From: the human T2T-CHM13v2.0 reference genome, Homo sapiens
Reading direction: 5' to 3' (one strand)
Assembly (NCBI RefSeq): GCF_009914755.1
Contig: NC_060935.1
DNA length: 64,000 nt
The notes beneath the pieces are model-generated. The model saw only the letters and a program-made list of their open reading frames with translations. It ran no database searches and was not told the DNA's origin. This document shows positions 53,767-64,000 of the stretch, piece after piece. A program made the translations under genes and the position numbers. Positions within the stretch are counted from its first letter, which is position 1. Every line of letters begins with the position of its first letter.

Positions 53767-53930
53767 CACTTGCTACGTATCAACCACTATTCTAAACACT
53801 TTACATCCACTCATTCATTTAATCTGCATGACATGCTTATGAGGTAGGTATTATTTCCTTGTTTAACTGATGAGGAACATAAGACACAGAGAGGCTCAGT
53901 GACTTGCCCAAGGTCACACAGCTAGTAAGC
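53767..53930 (-). mobile_element. MIR SINE (remainder; first part ~53030-53051)
   Basis: 'cagagaggctcagtgacttgcccaaggtcacacagctagtaag'. Confidence 0.9.
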
Positions 53931-55241
53931 ATCCTTCTTCTAATGGATAGAATAGGCCTGGCATACTGTAATTGATAAATATCATTACGGTTATTATTAA
54001 GACCTGGCTTTCCTTGTGCCAGACCAAAGAGCAAAAGGAGCATGGCCACTGCAGGATCAAAGGAGCAATAAAGGTGTGTGTCAGGGAAAGTGCGATGAGC
54101 CAGGGAGGCAGGGGCATAAGCTGGCTCTGATGCTTTTGGTGGGGGCACTGAGGCTCATCCCCAGGCAGGCATTTGCATCCACTGATTTACATAAGACTTA
54201 AGAAGTCCGCTGGGAGAAGGACTTGAACTTAAACCACATACGATCGTTTCCTATAGGGCTCCAGGGCCCTGACACAGATGGAAGTACTCTCCTCATGGCC
54301 CAGAGGGCAAATCCAGCCGGGACAGAGCCCCAGTGGGAGCGTGGGTCATGGCCAATGAGCATGAGGGGGCAGCGCCTGTCTGGCCACTCTGGCAGCAGTG
54401 TGTGCTGTGCCCTGGGGCAGGAAGCCATCACAGACTGAGTCACAACACATACACCTTGAAACCTGTCACCCAACTGTGGGTGCTCTAACTGGAAAGGAGC
54501 ACCGCTCGCTTTGTGAGGGAGGGCCAAAGATGGTGGGGAAGGGTCTCCCTTGCCATATGACTGGCAGTGGGGACAGCAGCAAATTCCTGGCACGATGAGT
54601 TCTGAGGTGACTGTGGCGGTGGCCGTGGCAGTGAAAGCCTGGCAGGGCTGTGGCTCAGTCAGCTGTCCCTGTGAGCACCAGACCACATAAAGTACTGCTG
54701 GAAATCCCCCGCACACTCGGGCAGAAAGAACAGGGAAAGGGTGGGGACTGGGTGCCCGCAAGGCACTCTCACCATGGCAGCTGCAGAGATGCATTCGCGC
54801 CTCACTCCTGGGCTCCTGCCCTCATCAAGGCTGGGGCGAGTCTCATAGCTGGCCTCTCCCTCTCCCCTTCCCCAGCACCCCCTCTCCAATCTCCACTCCT
54901 CTCCACTGCCCCAGACTGATTGTTCCAGAACACAGTTCTCACCATGCCTTGACCCTCTGGTGGCTCCTTAGCCCTCGAGGGCAGTGCCCCAGCCCCTCAT
55001 CCTGGCCTCAGCTCTCACCCCTCACCCGCTGCCAGCCTCCCTAGTCTCCTTCACCTCACATAGCTCCCATTCCCCCCAAGGGAATCTAATCACCAGCTTA
55101 GCTTTGACTGCCCTTCCACTCCTCCACAGGAACTCATGTGAGTCCTTCAGAGCCCCAGTCCACGGCTCCTTCTTCCAGCAGTCCGCTCTGGTCCTTTTTC
55201 TTGCTCTGTCGAGCTCCCAGGAAATAATATAAAAATAATAG

Positions 55242-55368
55242 GGCTGGACGCAGTGACTCTCGCCTAGAATACCAACACTCTGGGAGGCCAAGGTGAGAGA
55301 ATCGAGTGAGGTCAGGAGTTCAAGACCAGCCTGGGCGACACAGGGAGAACCCCATCTCTAAAACAAAC

Positions 55369-55405
<37 letters not shown>

Positions 55406-55570
55406 CAGTTAGCTGGGCATGGTGCACACCTGTAGTTCTAGCTACTCAGGAGGCTGAGCCAGGAGGATCACTTTAGCCCAGGAGTTTGAGGCTGCAGTGA
55501 GCTATGATTACACCACTGCACTCCAACCTGGGTGACAGAGCGTGAGCCTGTCTCCAATAAAATAAAAATA
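55242..55570 (+). mobile_element. AluJ with (AC)n in the central linker
   Basis: J-type right arm 'ggaggatcactttagcccaggagtttgaggctgcagtgagctatgat'; (AC)n at ~55372-55403; near-TSD AAAAATAATAG / AAAAATAACAG. Confidence 0.93.
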
Positions 55571-55574
55571 AAAA

Positions 55575-55800
55575 TAACAGCAAACACTTCTATAGCACAT
55601 ACTAGGTGCCAATATTAGTCCAAGAGCTTTACCATTAACTCCTTTCATCCTTACAATTGTATGAGGTAGTTACTATATCATCCTTGTTTTACAGTTTAGA
55701 GGACTGAGCACAGAGAGGTTAAGTAATGTGCTGAAGGTCACACAGCTAGCAAGGAGTGGAGCTGATATTCAAACGCAGACAGCCTGGTTCCAAGGTTATT
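55575..55800 (-). mobile_element. MIR SINE
   Basis: 'gcacagagaggttaagtaatgtgctgaaggtcacacagctagcaagga...gatattcaaacgcagacagcctggttcca'. Confidence 0.88.
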
Positions 55801-56574
55801 TTCTCCTGCGATGGGTATAAAATGACCATTATTTTATATCCATAGGTTTAGGTGTCAGTTAGAAGCTATATTTCCTTCTAGGGTGTGGAAAGTACTTGGG
55901 CCTAGGTCTACATTACTGCACACCCCTTTGCCTGAGATGGGCTCAAATCCCACGGTTGGCTGATGACCCTGGAGGTGGGGAGGCTCCGCTCCTGGAGCCC
56001 AGGGCTGTGCTTCCTCGCTCAGCATCCTGTGCGGTGCAGACCCTGCCAGGCACCATCTCCAGCCTCCTTGCCTCCCTCCCAGTCCCTGGTCTTCTCAGGG
56101 CACTTCCCATGTGCCTCTAGAGCTGCCTCTCCCCTGCCTGGCAAAGACCCCAAGGTTGGACCTGACAGTTTCCAAATCAGCTCAACGTCCCCAGCAGAAA
56201 GGCTGGTCCAGTGACTTACCCCAGGACAGTTCTTCCCCTTCCAAATCTCTCCACTTCCCCACTCGCACCTTCCCTCTATGCTTGGCCCCAGAGAAGAATG
56301 AAGTTGGATCCCCAAGGCTCTAAGCATCTCCAGAGCTTCACCTGAGAGGCCCCGCAGAGTCCGAGTTAAAATCTACTGTCCTGCTGGAGTTCACAGTCCA
56401 ACTATTGACAACCCCAGACTTCTAATCTTAACATCACTTAGAAAGTCCTGGCTAATATTAGTCGTAAAACCACTGTGTCTATATTAGCACTATTAAAGGC
56501 CAGGCTCTCTTAGGCAAACAGAAGAAAATGTAACTAGAGCCTGGCACAGGGAAGATGCCATTAAACCCTCGTCT

Positions 56575-57050
56575 CCCTTCCTTCCTTCCACGAATACGTA
56601 TTAAGCACTTGCTGTGGGCCAAGGCCTAGGCAGGATGCCGGGGAAAATGCTGAAAGCACACGGATCTTCACGGAGCTAACGGTGTAATGAAGGAGACAGG
56701 CAGGAAGACCCATTCATAGCATGCGGTTTGGGTGTGCCAGCAAGCCAGGGAGTAGGGGAACGTGGCTCCTCCCTGGGAGTGGTTGAGCAAGGCTCTTTAC
56801 CTGTGTGGGGGACAGGCAGAGAGAGTCAGGGAGAGCCTTGAGGGCCAGGCTGAGGAGTTTGAACTCCATCAAGATGCTGAAGGGTTCCCCACAGGGGAGT
56901 AGCATGGTGAGCCATGGGCTTCAGTGGGATCATTCTGACCGAAGAGGACAGGGGTGAGGGTGGAGGCAGAGACCAAGGAGGGCAATGAAAATCAACGAGA
57001 GAAAGATGGTAGAGACCGCTCTTAAGAAAGCAGCAGCGTGGATGGGGAGA
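56575..57050 (-). mobile_element. L2 fragment
   Basis: 'cgtattaagcacttgctgtgggccaaggc...gagccttgagggccaggctgaggagtttgaact...ggatcattctgacc'. Confidence 0.7.
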
Positions 57051-57187
57051 AATGTTGCTTCAAGCCAGATTTAGGAGGAAACAATTACAGCTTCCACGTA
57101 CCGAGTGGCAACCGTGCACTAGGTGGTTGGTCTTTTTGCTTTATGTGCGTCATCTCTAGTCCCTACAGAAATCCTTCAAGGGAGGTT

Positions 57188-57480
57188 CTATCAGCCACAT
57201 CCTGGCAGAAAACAGATGGCACCCTCAAACTGAGTGCCATGAGAAGAGTTTTATCAATGGACAATTCTCGCAGGTGTGACCAGGCTTGAGAAGAACTATC
57301 AAGAGTGGTGTCGTGCCCTGGAGCTAGGAACAGTGGGGAGTCATTACCACTGCGAGGCCAAAAAGGAGTTATGTGTGGCAGGGGAGAAGCCACTGGAATC
57401 CAGGGAGAGGAGCCAGGTCGTGCCACACAGGAGGTGTTGCCCTTTAGTTACGGGGCACCGTGAGCCCCAGGTGACCCTGC
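57188..57480 (-). mobile_element. Old ERVL-class LTR fragment (LTR41/LTR52-like)
   Basis: 'tatcagccacatcctggcagaaaacagatggcaccctcaaactg...ggagctaggaacagtggggagtcattaccac'. Confidence 0.5.
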
Positions 57481-58537
57481 GGGGTGGGAGAGGTGGGAGG
57501 AGAGCAGCAATAATGGTGTGAAGGCAGTCCCTGCGGTCAGCCTCCCAGGGTACAGGGCAGGGTGGGGCTTCGGGGGAGCCTGGAGGGCCCAGGACATGGG
57601 CAAGGCCAGAGGACTTGGGGGCTGAATGTGAGGGTGGTAAGAGGAACAGTCAGGGTGTCCCGGGTTTCTGGCATGGGCACCGGTGGCAGATGGTGGCATG
57701 GTGCTCTGAGATAGAGCCCAAGAGAAAGGTGGGGCAGGATATCTGTGAGGAAAGGCCCGGCTTCCACCTGAGGCTCCCGCATGACACTGGCTGGCTCTGT
57801 CATTCTGGCGACAGCCTCATCTTGCCCTGGTCTCTTTATTTCTAAGACAAAGCACTTACCAGCTACATGAGGCGGCCTCCTCGTGTCTTCCCACCCCGAC
57901 CCCTACTCTCATTTTCTTGCTGCCGTAACTCAAGCCAGGCACATGGCCTCTTGTAGCCCCTTCTTCCACGTGGGCAGCATTTTGGGGAACACGAGCTATC
58001 TGGAGACAGTAAGGTACAGGAAGGCCCGAGCTCTGGAGTCAGAGAGAATTGAGTTTGGCAGGCACAAAAGTGTAAGATTTTATACATTCAAGATGTGCAA
58101 AATCATAGACCTTTATTTTCTATAATTCATTTCATCTTGCTCTTGAGCTCATATTCCCACAGATGACTGGGAAGGGAGTAGGGGAAATACTTTAGCTTAC
58201 TAATTAAAGATAGCTCAGCCTTTTCCAGCTTAAAACAGTCTCTTTCAGGTTAACTCAACATCTTTTGCATGAATACTCAGTCTTTCAAAATTCAAACTCT
58301 CTATCAGGACTGTTTCTCTCCCCTTTCGATATATCTTCATTCAACTTCCTACTTCCTAAAATGGCAGCTGAATGCAGGGGGGAGCTCACACTGCTCATGG
58401 TGGCAAAGGGAAGGACATCCGGCCTACTGCTGCCTTTTGGGCTTCACTGGTCTCAGACAGCGTGGCTGGACCAGCTCCCGGTGCCCACTTAGGTGCTGAG
58501 TCCTTGAAACCCTGTTCTGGCCTCTGGTCATGAAGTC

Positions 58538-58945
58538 TGCATCAGCCACATATAAACTAGGTGATGCTGTGATTGATAACAAACGCTCCCCAAATCTCAG
58601 TGATGGGCAACAAAGGTTTATTTCTTGCTTGTGTTACATGTCATCACAAGTCAGTGGTGGGCTCTGTTCCCTATCAACACTCCAGGATCCGGGCTGAGGA
58701 AGCAGCCACTGTCTGGAGCATTGCTGGTGACTACAGCCGAGAGAAACGAGCGCTATGGAGGGTTTCACATCAGCGGTTCAATGTTCTGCCCTGGAAATGG
58801 CACAAGCCATTTCTTATCACAGCACACTGGCCAGAACTAGTCATGTGGCCCCACCATTGAGCCAGAAGCTCAGTCTTGCCCTGAGTCAGGAAGGGGAGTG
58901 AAACTGCAATACCTGACCAACAGCACAAGCCTCTAATATCTGACC
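58538..58945 (-). mobile_element. MLT1 (MLT1I/J-like) MaLR LTR
   Basis: 'taacaaacgctccccaaatctcagtg...aacaaaggtttatttcttgct...cactggccagaactagtcatgtggccccacc'. Confidence 0.8.
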
Positions 58946-59393
58946 TGACCCCAGACCTATCTGAATCCACCCTCACTCTTCTCTCCCCAGGACCCCTTCA
59001 AGGGTCTAGAAACATTTAAGTGCTTTCTCTCCACTGTGGCGGAAGGGGCAGAGGCCCTGCAAGGCTGCCCCTTGGCTCACCCACCTTCCCCTGCCATTTC
59101 TAAACCACTGCCTGGATGGTGCATCCTGCCTAACACCTGTAGACCCAGAGCTTTGTTAAGGAGCTGGTCTTGTTCCCGGTCTAGTCCCTGAGAGGAGAAG
59201 AGACAATGCCTCCCACTGGGAAGGCCCCAACCCCATCTGGGTGACTGACTCTATTTCCCCTGTGCTTGAACACCAGGGGGCAACCAGGACTGCAACAGCT
59301 GACCCCTCACCTCTTTTCCTGCTGCATTTTAGTGGCTCAGATCCCTCCACTTCCTCTTCCTGCAAGGGGGAACTTCCCCTGTGTTGTATCCTC

Positions 59394-59776
59394 TGTATTA
59401 GTCCATTCTCATGCTGCTAATAAAGACATACCTGAGACTGGGTAATTTATAAAGGAAAGAGGCTTAATTGACTCACAGTTCTGCAGGGCTGCAGACACCT
59501 CAGGAGACTTACAATCTTGGCGGAAGGGGAAGCAAACATGTCCTTCTTCACAAGGTGGCAGGAGAGAGAAGAATGAGAGCCAAGCGAAAGGGGAAGCCCC
59601 TTATAAAACCCTCAGGATCTCGTGAGAACTCACTCACTATCAGGAGAACAGCAGCATGAGGGTAACTGCCCCCATGATTTTATTACCTCCCATCAGATAC
59701 CTCCCATGATACGTGGGGATTATGGGAACTACAATTCAAGATGAGATTTGGGTGGGGATAGAGCCAAACCATCTCA
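59394..59776 (-). mobile_element. THE1 (THE1C-like) solo LTR, MaLR
   Basis: TGTATTAGTCCATTCTCATGCTGCTAATAAAGACATACC...GATTTGGGTGGGGATAGAGCCAAACCATCTCA; exact 5-bp TSD TCCTC (59389-59393, 59777-59781). Confidence 0.95.
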
Positions 59777-60289
59777 TCCTCCATTCTCCTTATGCTGGGG
59801 CTTACAGTAAAACTCTAAGTCCACCAGGCTTGACTCAGTTGTGTAAAAGGAGCTTTAGGAACTTAGAAAACCTTCTCTGTCTCCACTAAGCCTGATTCTT
59901 GATGTGTCTGTTCCACTGTGGACACAGCCCTGTTTTGGAAGTCTGCACGTTGAGTCTGCCTCTCTTTGCCTTCCTGCTTCAATAACCCTGAGCATCCCTG
60001 AAACAGTGGTGCCTCTGGCTGAGTGAAAAGGGTTGGAGAGCACTTAAGAAACTGGAAAAAAAAAATCACATGACATTATTTTTAAAATATCATTTCTTCA
60101 ACTTTGGTTTGAATTGTACCAGGTGTCTGACCTTGAGTAAGTCACCTAACCCAGCATCTAGAGCTTCCACTGATGGAGCCTCAGTCCAGGCTGGCTCCGT
60201 GCCCAGCTGTGGAGCACCCTTTCTCTGCAGAGGAGCTCTCCAGAGCTGCCTCCCACCGCCAGCTCCCTCTGTTCTCTGGCTGATCCCAC

Positions 60290-60485
60290 GGGTCATTTCC
60301 ACTTCTAGCTGTGTGACCTTAGACATGTTGGTTGACTTTGCCAAGACTCCATTGCTTCACCTGTAAACTGGGGGCAGTAATAGCCTCTTTCTCTTAGGAC
60401 TGTTGTATTAAATAAAACCCTTGAAGCAGTGTCTGATATCATATAAGTGCCATGCAAGTGTTAGCTACTATGATTATTGTTATTT
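60290..60485 (+). mobile_element. MIR SINE
   Basis: 'ccacttctagctgtgtgaccttagacatgtt...cttcacctgtaaactggggg...caagtgttagcta'. Confidence 0.8.
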
Positions 60486-60699
60486 TCCCATTTTTTCCCT
60501 TCCTGGAGAACCCTTTGTGCCCTGAAGCCTTTTATCCCAGTACCCAGGCCTGCCTAGTATAGAGTTAGTTCGTTCCTGCTTCATCTCTGGCTGGCTGCCT
60601 CTCAGTCATCCCAGGCCTCACATGCAGGGCCCACGCTCAGAATCATCACAGGGGCTCTGGGAGTCCTCTGCCCCAGTACCCTCATGTCCCCTTTACCAT

Positions 60700-61125
60700 T
60701 TCTGTGAGCTCCTCCCCACCTTTGAGGTGAATGTGCCTCTGACCACCTCACATTCAATTCTCTGGATGACTTCTCTGGAACTGCTGAGCCAGTTGTCTGG
60801 AGTTGACATCCCTGGGGTGGCCTTGGCCAATGACCAAGGGCTGGAGTGTGAAAGCCCAGCTCCCTTGCCCCCAGTCGGGACAATTAGGAAGCATGATCAT
60901 GTCCCAGAGCTCCCCATGCAGGATGAGACTGATGCTACCCTCGAGGGGACTGAAACTGTCTGGAGTCTTCCCTCCACCACACTCCTCCCACCCCACACCA
61001 GCTTGGCTTCTTCCCCTTCTCTGTCCTTCACCCACTCCTTATAGATTTCTCCTGGGAAACCCTCCTTCATAAATCATGTGCGTCCTCATCTCAGGATCTG
61101 TTTCAGAGGGCTCTGCCCTGAGACA
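60700..61125 (+). mobile_element. LTR16-type ERVL LTR
   Basis: 'aaagcccagctcccttgcc...gggacaatt...cagagctcccc...ctcctgggaaaccctccttcataaatca...tctcaggatctgtttcagagggctctgccctgagaca'. Confidence 0.75.
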
Positions 61126-61179
61126 ACCAAGGCCCCACAGAGCTGCGATCATGCACAGGTTAGGCCAAGAGGATCAGCT

Positions 61180-61395
61180 GTTTCTGGAGAGCCTGCTGTG
61201 TGCGTTGCACTTCATATGCCTCATCTCACTTAATCCTAAAAGTGGCATTGCTCGATGGAACACATGAGTATCTCCATTTTATAGATAAGGAAACTGAAGT
61301 TTAGAACAGCCATGTGACTCACTTCTGAGGGCCATCGGTGGCTCTGTGGTGGCAGACGATTTGGATCCAGGACTGTGGGACTCTGCAGCCTGTGC
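61180..61395 (-). mobile_element. MIR SINE
   Basis: 'ctcatctcacttaatcct...tctccattttatagataaggaaactgaagtttaga...gatttggatccaggactgt'. Confidence 0.8.
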
Positions 61396-64000
61396 CTTCT
61401 ACACCCACGCTGGGATGCAGGGGCAGGAGCAGGGCCCAGACTCCCAGAGCAGGAGGCCAGGCAGTTAGCGCAAGGGCAGAGCAAGAGCCTTTATGGAGAA
61501 ATTGAGGGGAGAGCAACATAGAAAGAGCTCAAAGTGCACCCGAGGTGGAGAGGCAGACCCCAGCCAACAAATGAGGCTAGGAACAGGCTGAGCTAAGCCA
61601 GCTGAGAAGCATCGGATGCCCCCGCCCTGCCCCACACTGACACACACCCTCTGGGGCACACAACAGGGAAGCTCAGGGGGTGACAGCTCACATCTCACCT
61701 TCCCGTGCAGGGACTTTGGTCTCCCCCATGCCACTCTTCTGGTGCCAGCCACCCTCATCTTGCACTAGAAGGCTCTGAAAATGGCTCTGGCCTTCAGGGA
61801 GAGAGGGATAGGCAGGAAAGTGGGGGTCAGGAAGGGGAAAGGAAGGACAGGAGTGGCCAGCCCATCACAGAGGAACCTGCACCAGAATGAGGGACAGTGT
61901 TTGCAGCTAAGTGGCAGGTGTGGGCTGGTATGTGCCTGCAGGCAGAGAGGGGAAGAGACAAGGGAAGCTGGAGAATTACTGTCCTTTAGAAATGGCACAT
62001 GCTGTCCACCCTGTAGCCACGGAAGTGACTGGGACCTTCAGTTTCAAGCCCTTCCGCAGAGTCACCAGCCCCCAGCATACCTTGCTGCAGAAAACGGTTG
62101 GGATAGAAGAGGGCCCTGGAACAATGACAGGGATAAGAAAGCTCAGAACTCCAGGTTGGAAACAAGGGGAGGAAACCCCAGGTGTTCCCTGAGCAGAAGC
62201 TGGCCCTGGGGATGGCTTGCCTGGTCCTGTCCTCCTCTCCTGGGGTCCCCAGATAGGACAACTAACTACCCCTTAAATGAAGAGCCCCAGCATCCTGACA
62301 CACCCATAACCTCCAACAAAAACACCTCCCCCCGAAACCAAACGCCAATTCTATTCCCTAGTCCTGACAATTCTACTAAATCCAGCTGGAAGCCTTATTT
62401 GACCCCTGACCTGAATCTGGCCTTACCCAAAAACCCACTCTGACTGGCCTCAAACCAAACCATAAACCTTACCCACCCCTACCTCTACTTTTAATGTCTC
62501 CCCACCCTGCGAGCTGGGTCCTGACCCCAGTCCACACTTACTGTGGCATACACGTGTCCAGGGCTGTGGCTTCATCAGGACCCGGTGGCCATCAGCCTCT
62601 GCCCGCCCCACCATGAGGGCCACAGGGGACCCCTTAGGGCAGCCGGGGCTCTGCATGGTTCTGGCCGTCCCTGCACGGGTGATGGATGAGCTCTGGTGTT
62701 ATCAGCACCACAGGAGGGAGTCACCAATTTCCCTGCCTGTCACTTCACCATAATTTCTAAAGCACAAGAGGCTGATTCCATCTCTCGACACCATTTGACT
62801 CTGTTCCCTGCTCTGGCAGGCCTTCTCGGGGCAGGCCCCAGCAGGGATGCTGGGTGTGGGAGCGTCGTCCGGAGGTGGACAGGTGCACGCTTCAGCGCTT
62901 ATATGTTCTGCTGCTGTCCTAAAAGACAGATGCCATGCCTGGTCCATTCCACCTCGGCCTCGCACTCCTGGCTCACCTGAGACCTGGATACCACCACGAG
63001 CTCCTCCATCCCCTTGGAGCTGATGGAAGAAGGTTAGGCACACACCATGAGGGCTCCCCGCCCAGGGGCCGTGCCTTCAGCCCCGCTGGAAAATGAGAGA
63101 AACCCTAAAATCCTCAGCGGCGCTCACGGTCGGAGGACTGAGATCTTCCCATACCAGCAGGAGAAATACCAGCAGGGCCTGACGTGGCCTCTGTCCCATC
63201 ACCTTCCCCATTGCAACTGTCCCAACAAATAAGCACGAGCTGCCTCTACTGCCGTCAAAGCATCCCCTGGGCAGTGGGCAAAGCTGGTGGGTGGTGGCTG
63301 TGTGACCCATTTTAAAGCCAGGCAGTGGTTTGGGGGAAAAGGAGTTTAGAAATAAGCCAGCAGGTGCCCGGGAGGAGAGATGCTGTGGCCAGAGCCTAGC
63401 AGGATGACCCCCCAGGTAAATGAAAACATTGAAGGCACAGTGTGCCTTGAAGACTGATGCTACCATGGACAGAGCTCTAGGGTTTCAGCCCTGAACTCAA
63501 AAGCAGAACCTGCCAAAAGGAGTAGGAGAGGGTTTCCCAGGACTGTGGTATTGTCTGGGGGTGGCAGCCCCAAGGGGCTCAGTGAGTGTTAGAGCTTCCT
63601 CACCCTCCAAGGTCCACAGCCTCAGGACAGGCTCTCCTAGGGGCCAGCATCTGGAGAGACCAGGTGCTCCAGGGTGTTATAATGGAGAGGGCAGCAGGGG
63701 TGTCGATCAGAATATTTTAGTCCAATATAAGAAAAAATTTCCAACCATCACAGCATCCAGTGTAAAAGAAAATCTAAAAAGAAGACATCACATCAAGTCT
63801 CTGATTGTTTGTGCGCTTTGAAGACTGCCTGTAAAACTGCCTCAGTAATTAAGTAGAATGACTCCATTTTGCCACATAAGTATGGTTATGGCTCCTGGGT
63901 GGCTGCAATTAATATAAAAGCAGATTAAGGAAGCCATCATCAAGGCGTAATGAGTTTTTAAATATTAATTAATATGTTAATAACCATTCTAGGTTAAGAG

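Noticed and set aside
61781-62443. 220-aa ATG-initiated ORF
   Set aside because: No family resemblance; composition simply tracks a purine-rich then C-rich base skew. Would need Ribo-seq or PhyloCSF support.
62701-62720. REST half-site TCAGCACCAC
   Set aside because: The right half (GGACAG) is missing, so the match is not significant on its own.

Overview
This is primate (very probably human) non-coding genomic DNA from a GC-rich isochore. It carries AluJ/AluS/AluY and FLAM, many MIR and L2 relics, an ancient L1 block (~13.8-19.3 kb), solo LTRs (LTR8, THE1, MLT1, LTR16-like, an unassigned ERV1-type LTR) and hAT DNA-transposon relics (MER1B, MER33, MER45, MER63, MER91). I found no credible protein-coding exon, tRNA/rRNA gene or CRISPR array. 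The listed ORFs are either decayed L1 ORF1/ORF2 and Alu read-throughs or chance ORFs in GC-rich DNA. The most informative signal is a series of about ten repeat-free, AT-rich islands dense in homeodomain (TAAT/TAATTA/TAATCC), POU, FOX, SOX and MEIS motifs, plus three good CTCF motifs. This pattern suggests an enhancer-rich gene desert or large intron serving a developmental regulator outside the window. That interpretation is inference: conservation and activity cannot be seen from one sequence. I see no evidence for a wholly new biological system. Repeat family names were recalled from consensus sequences, and boundaries of old repeats are approximate.
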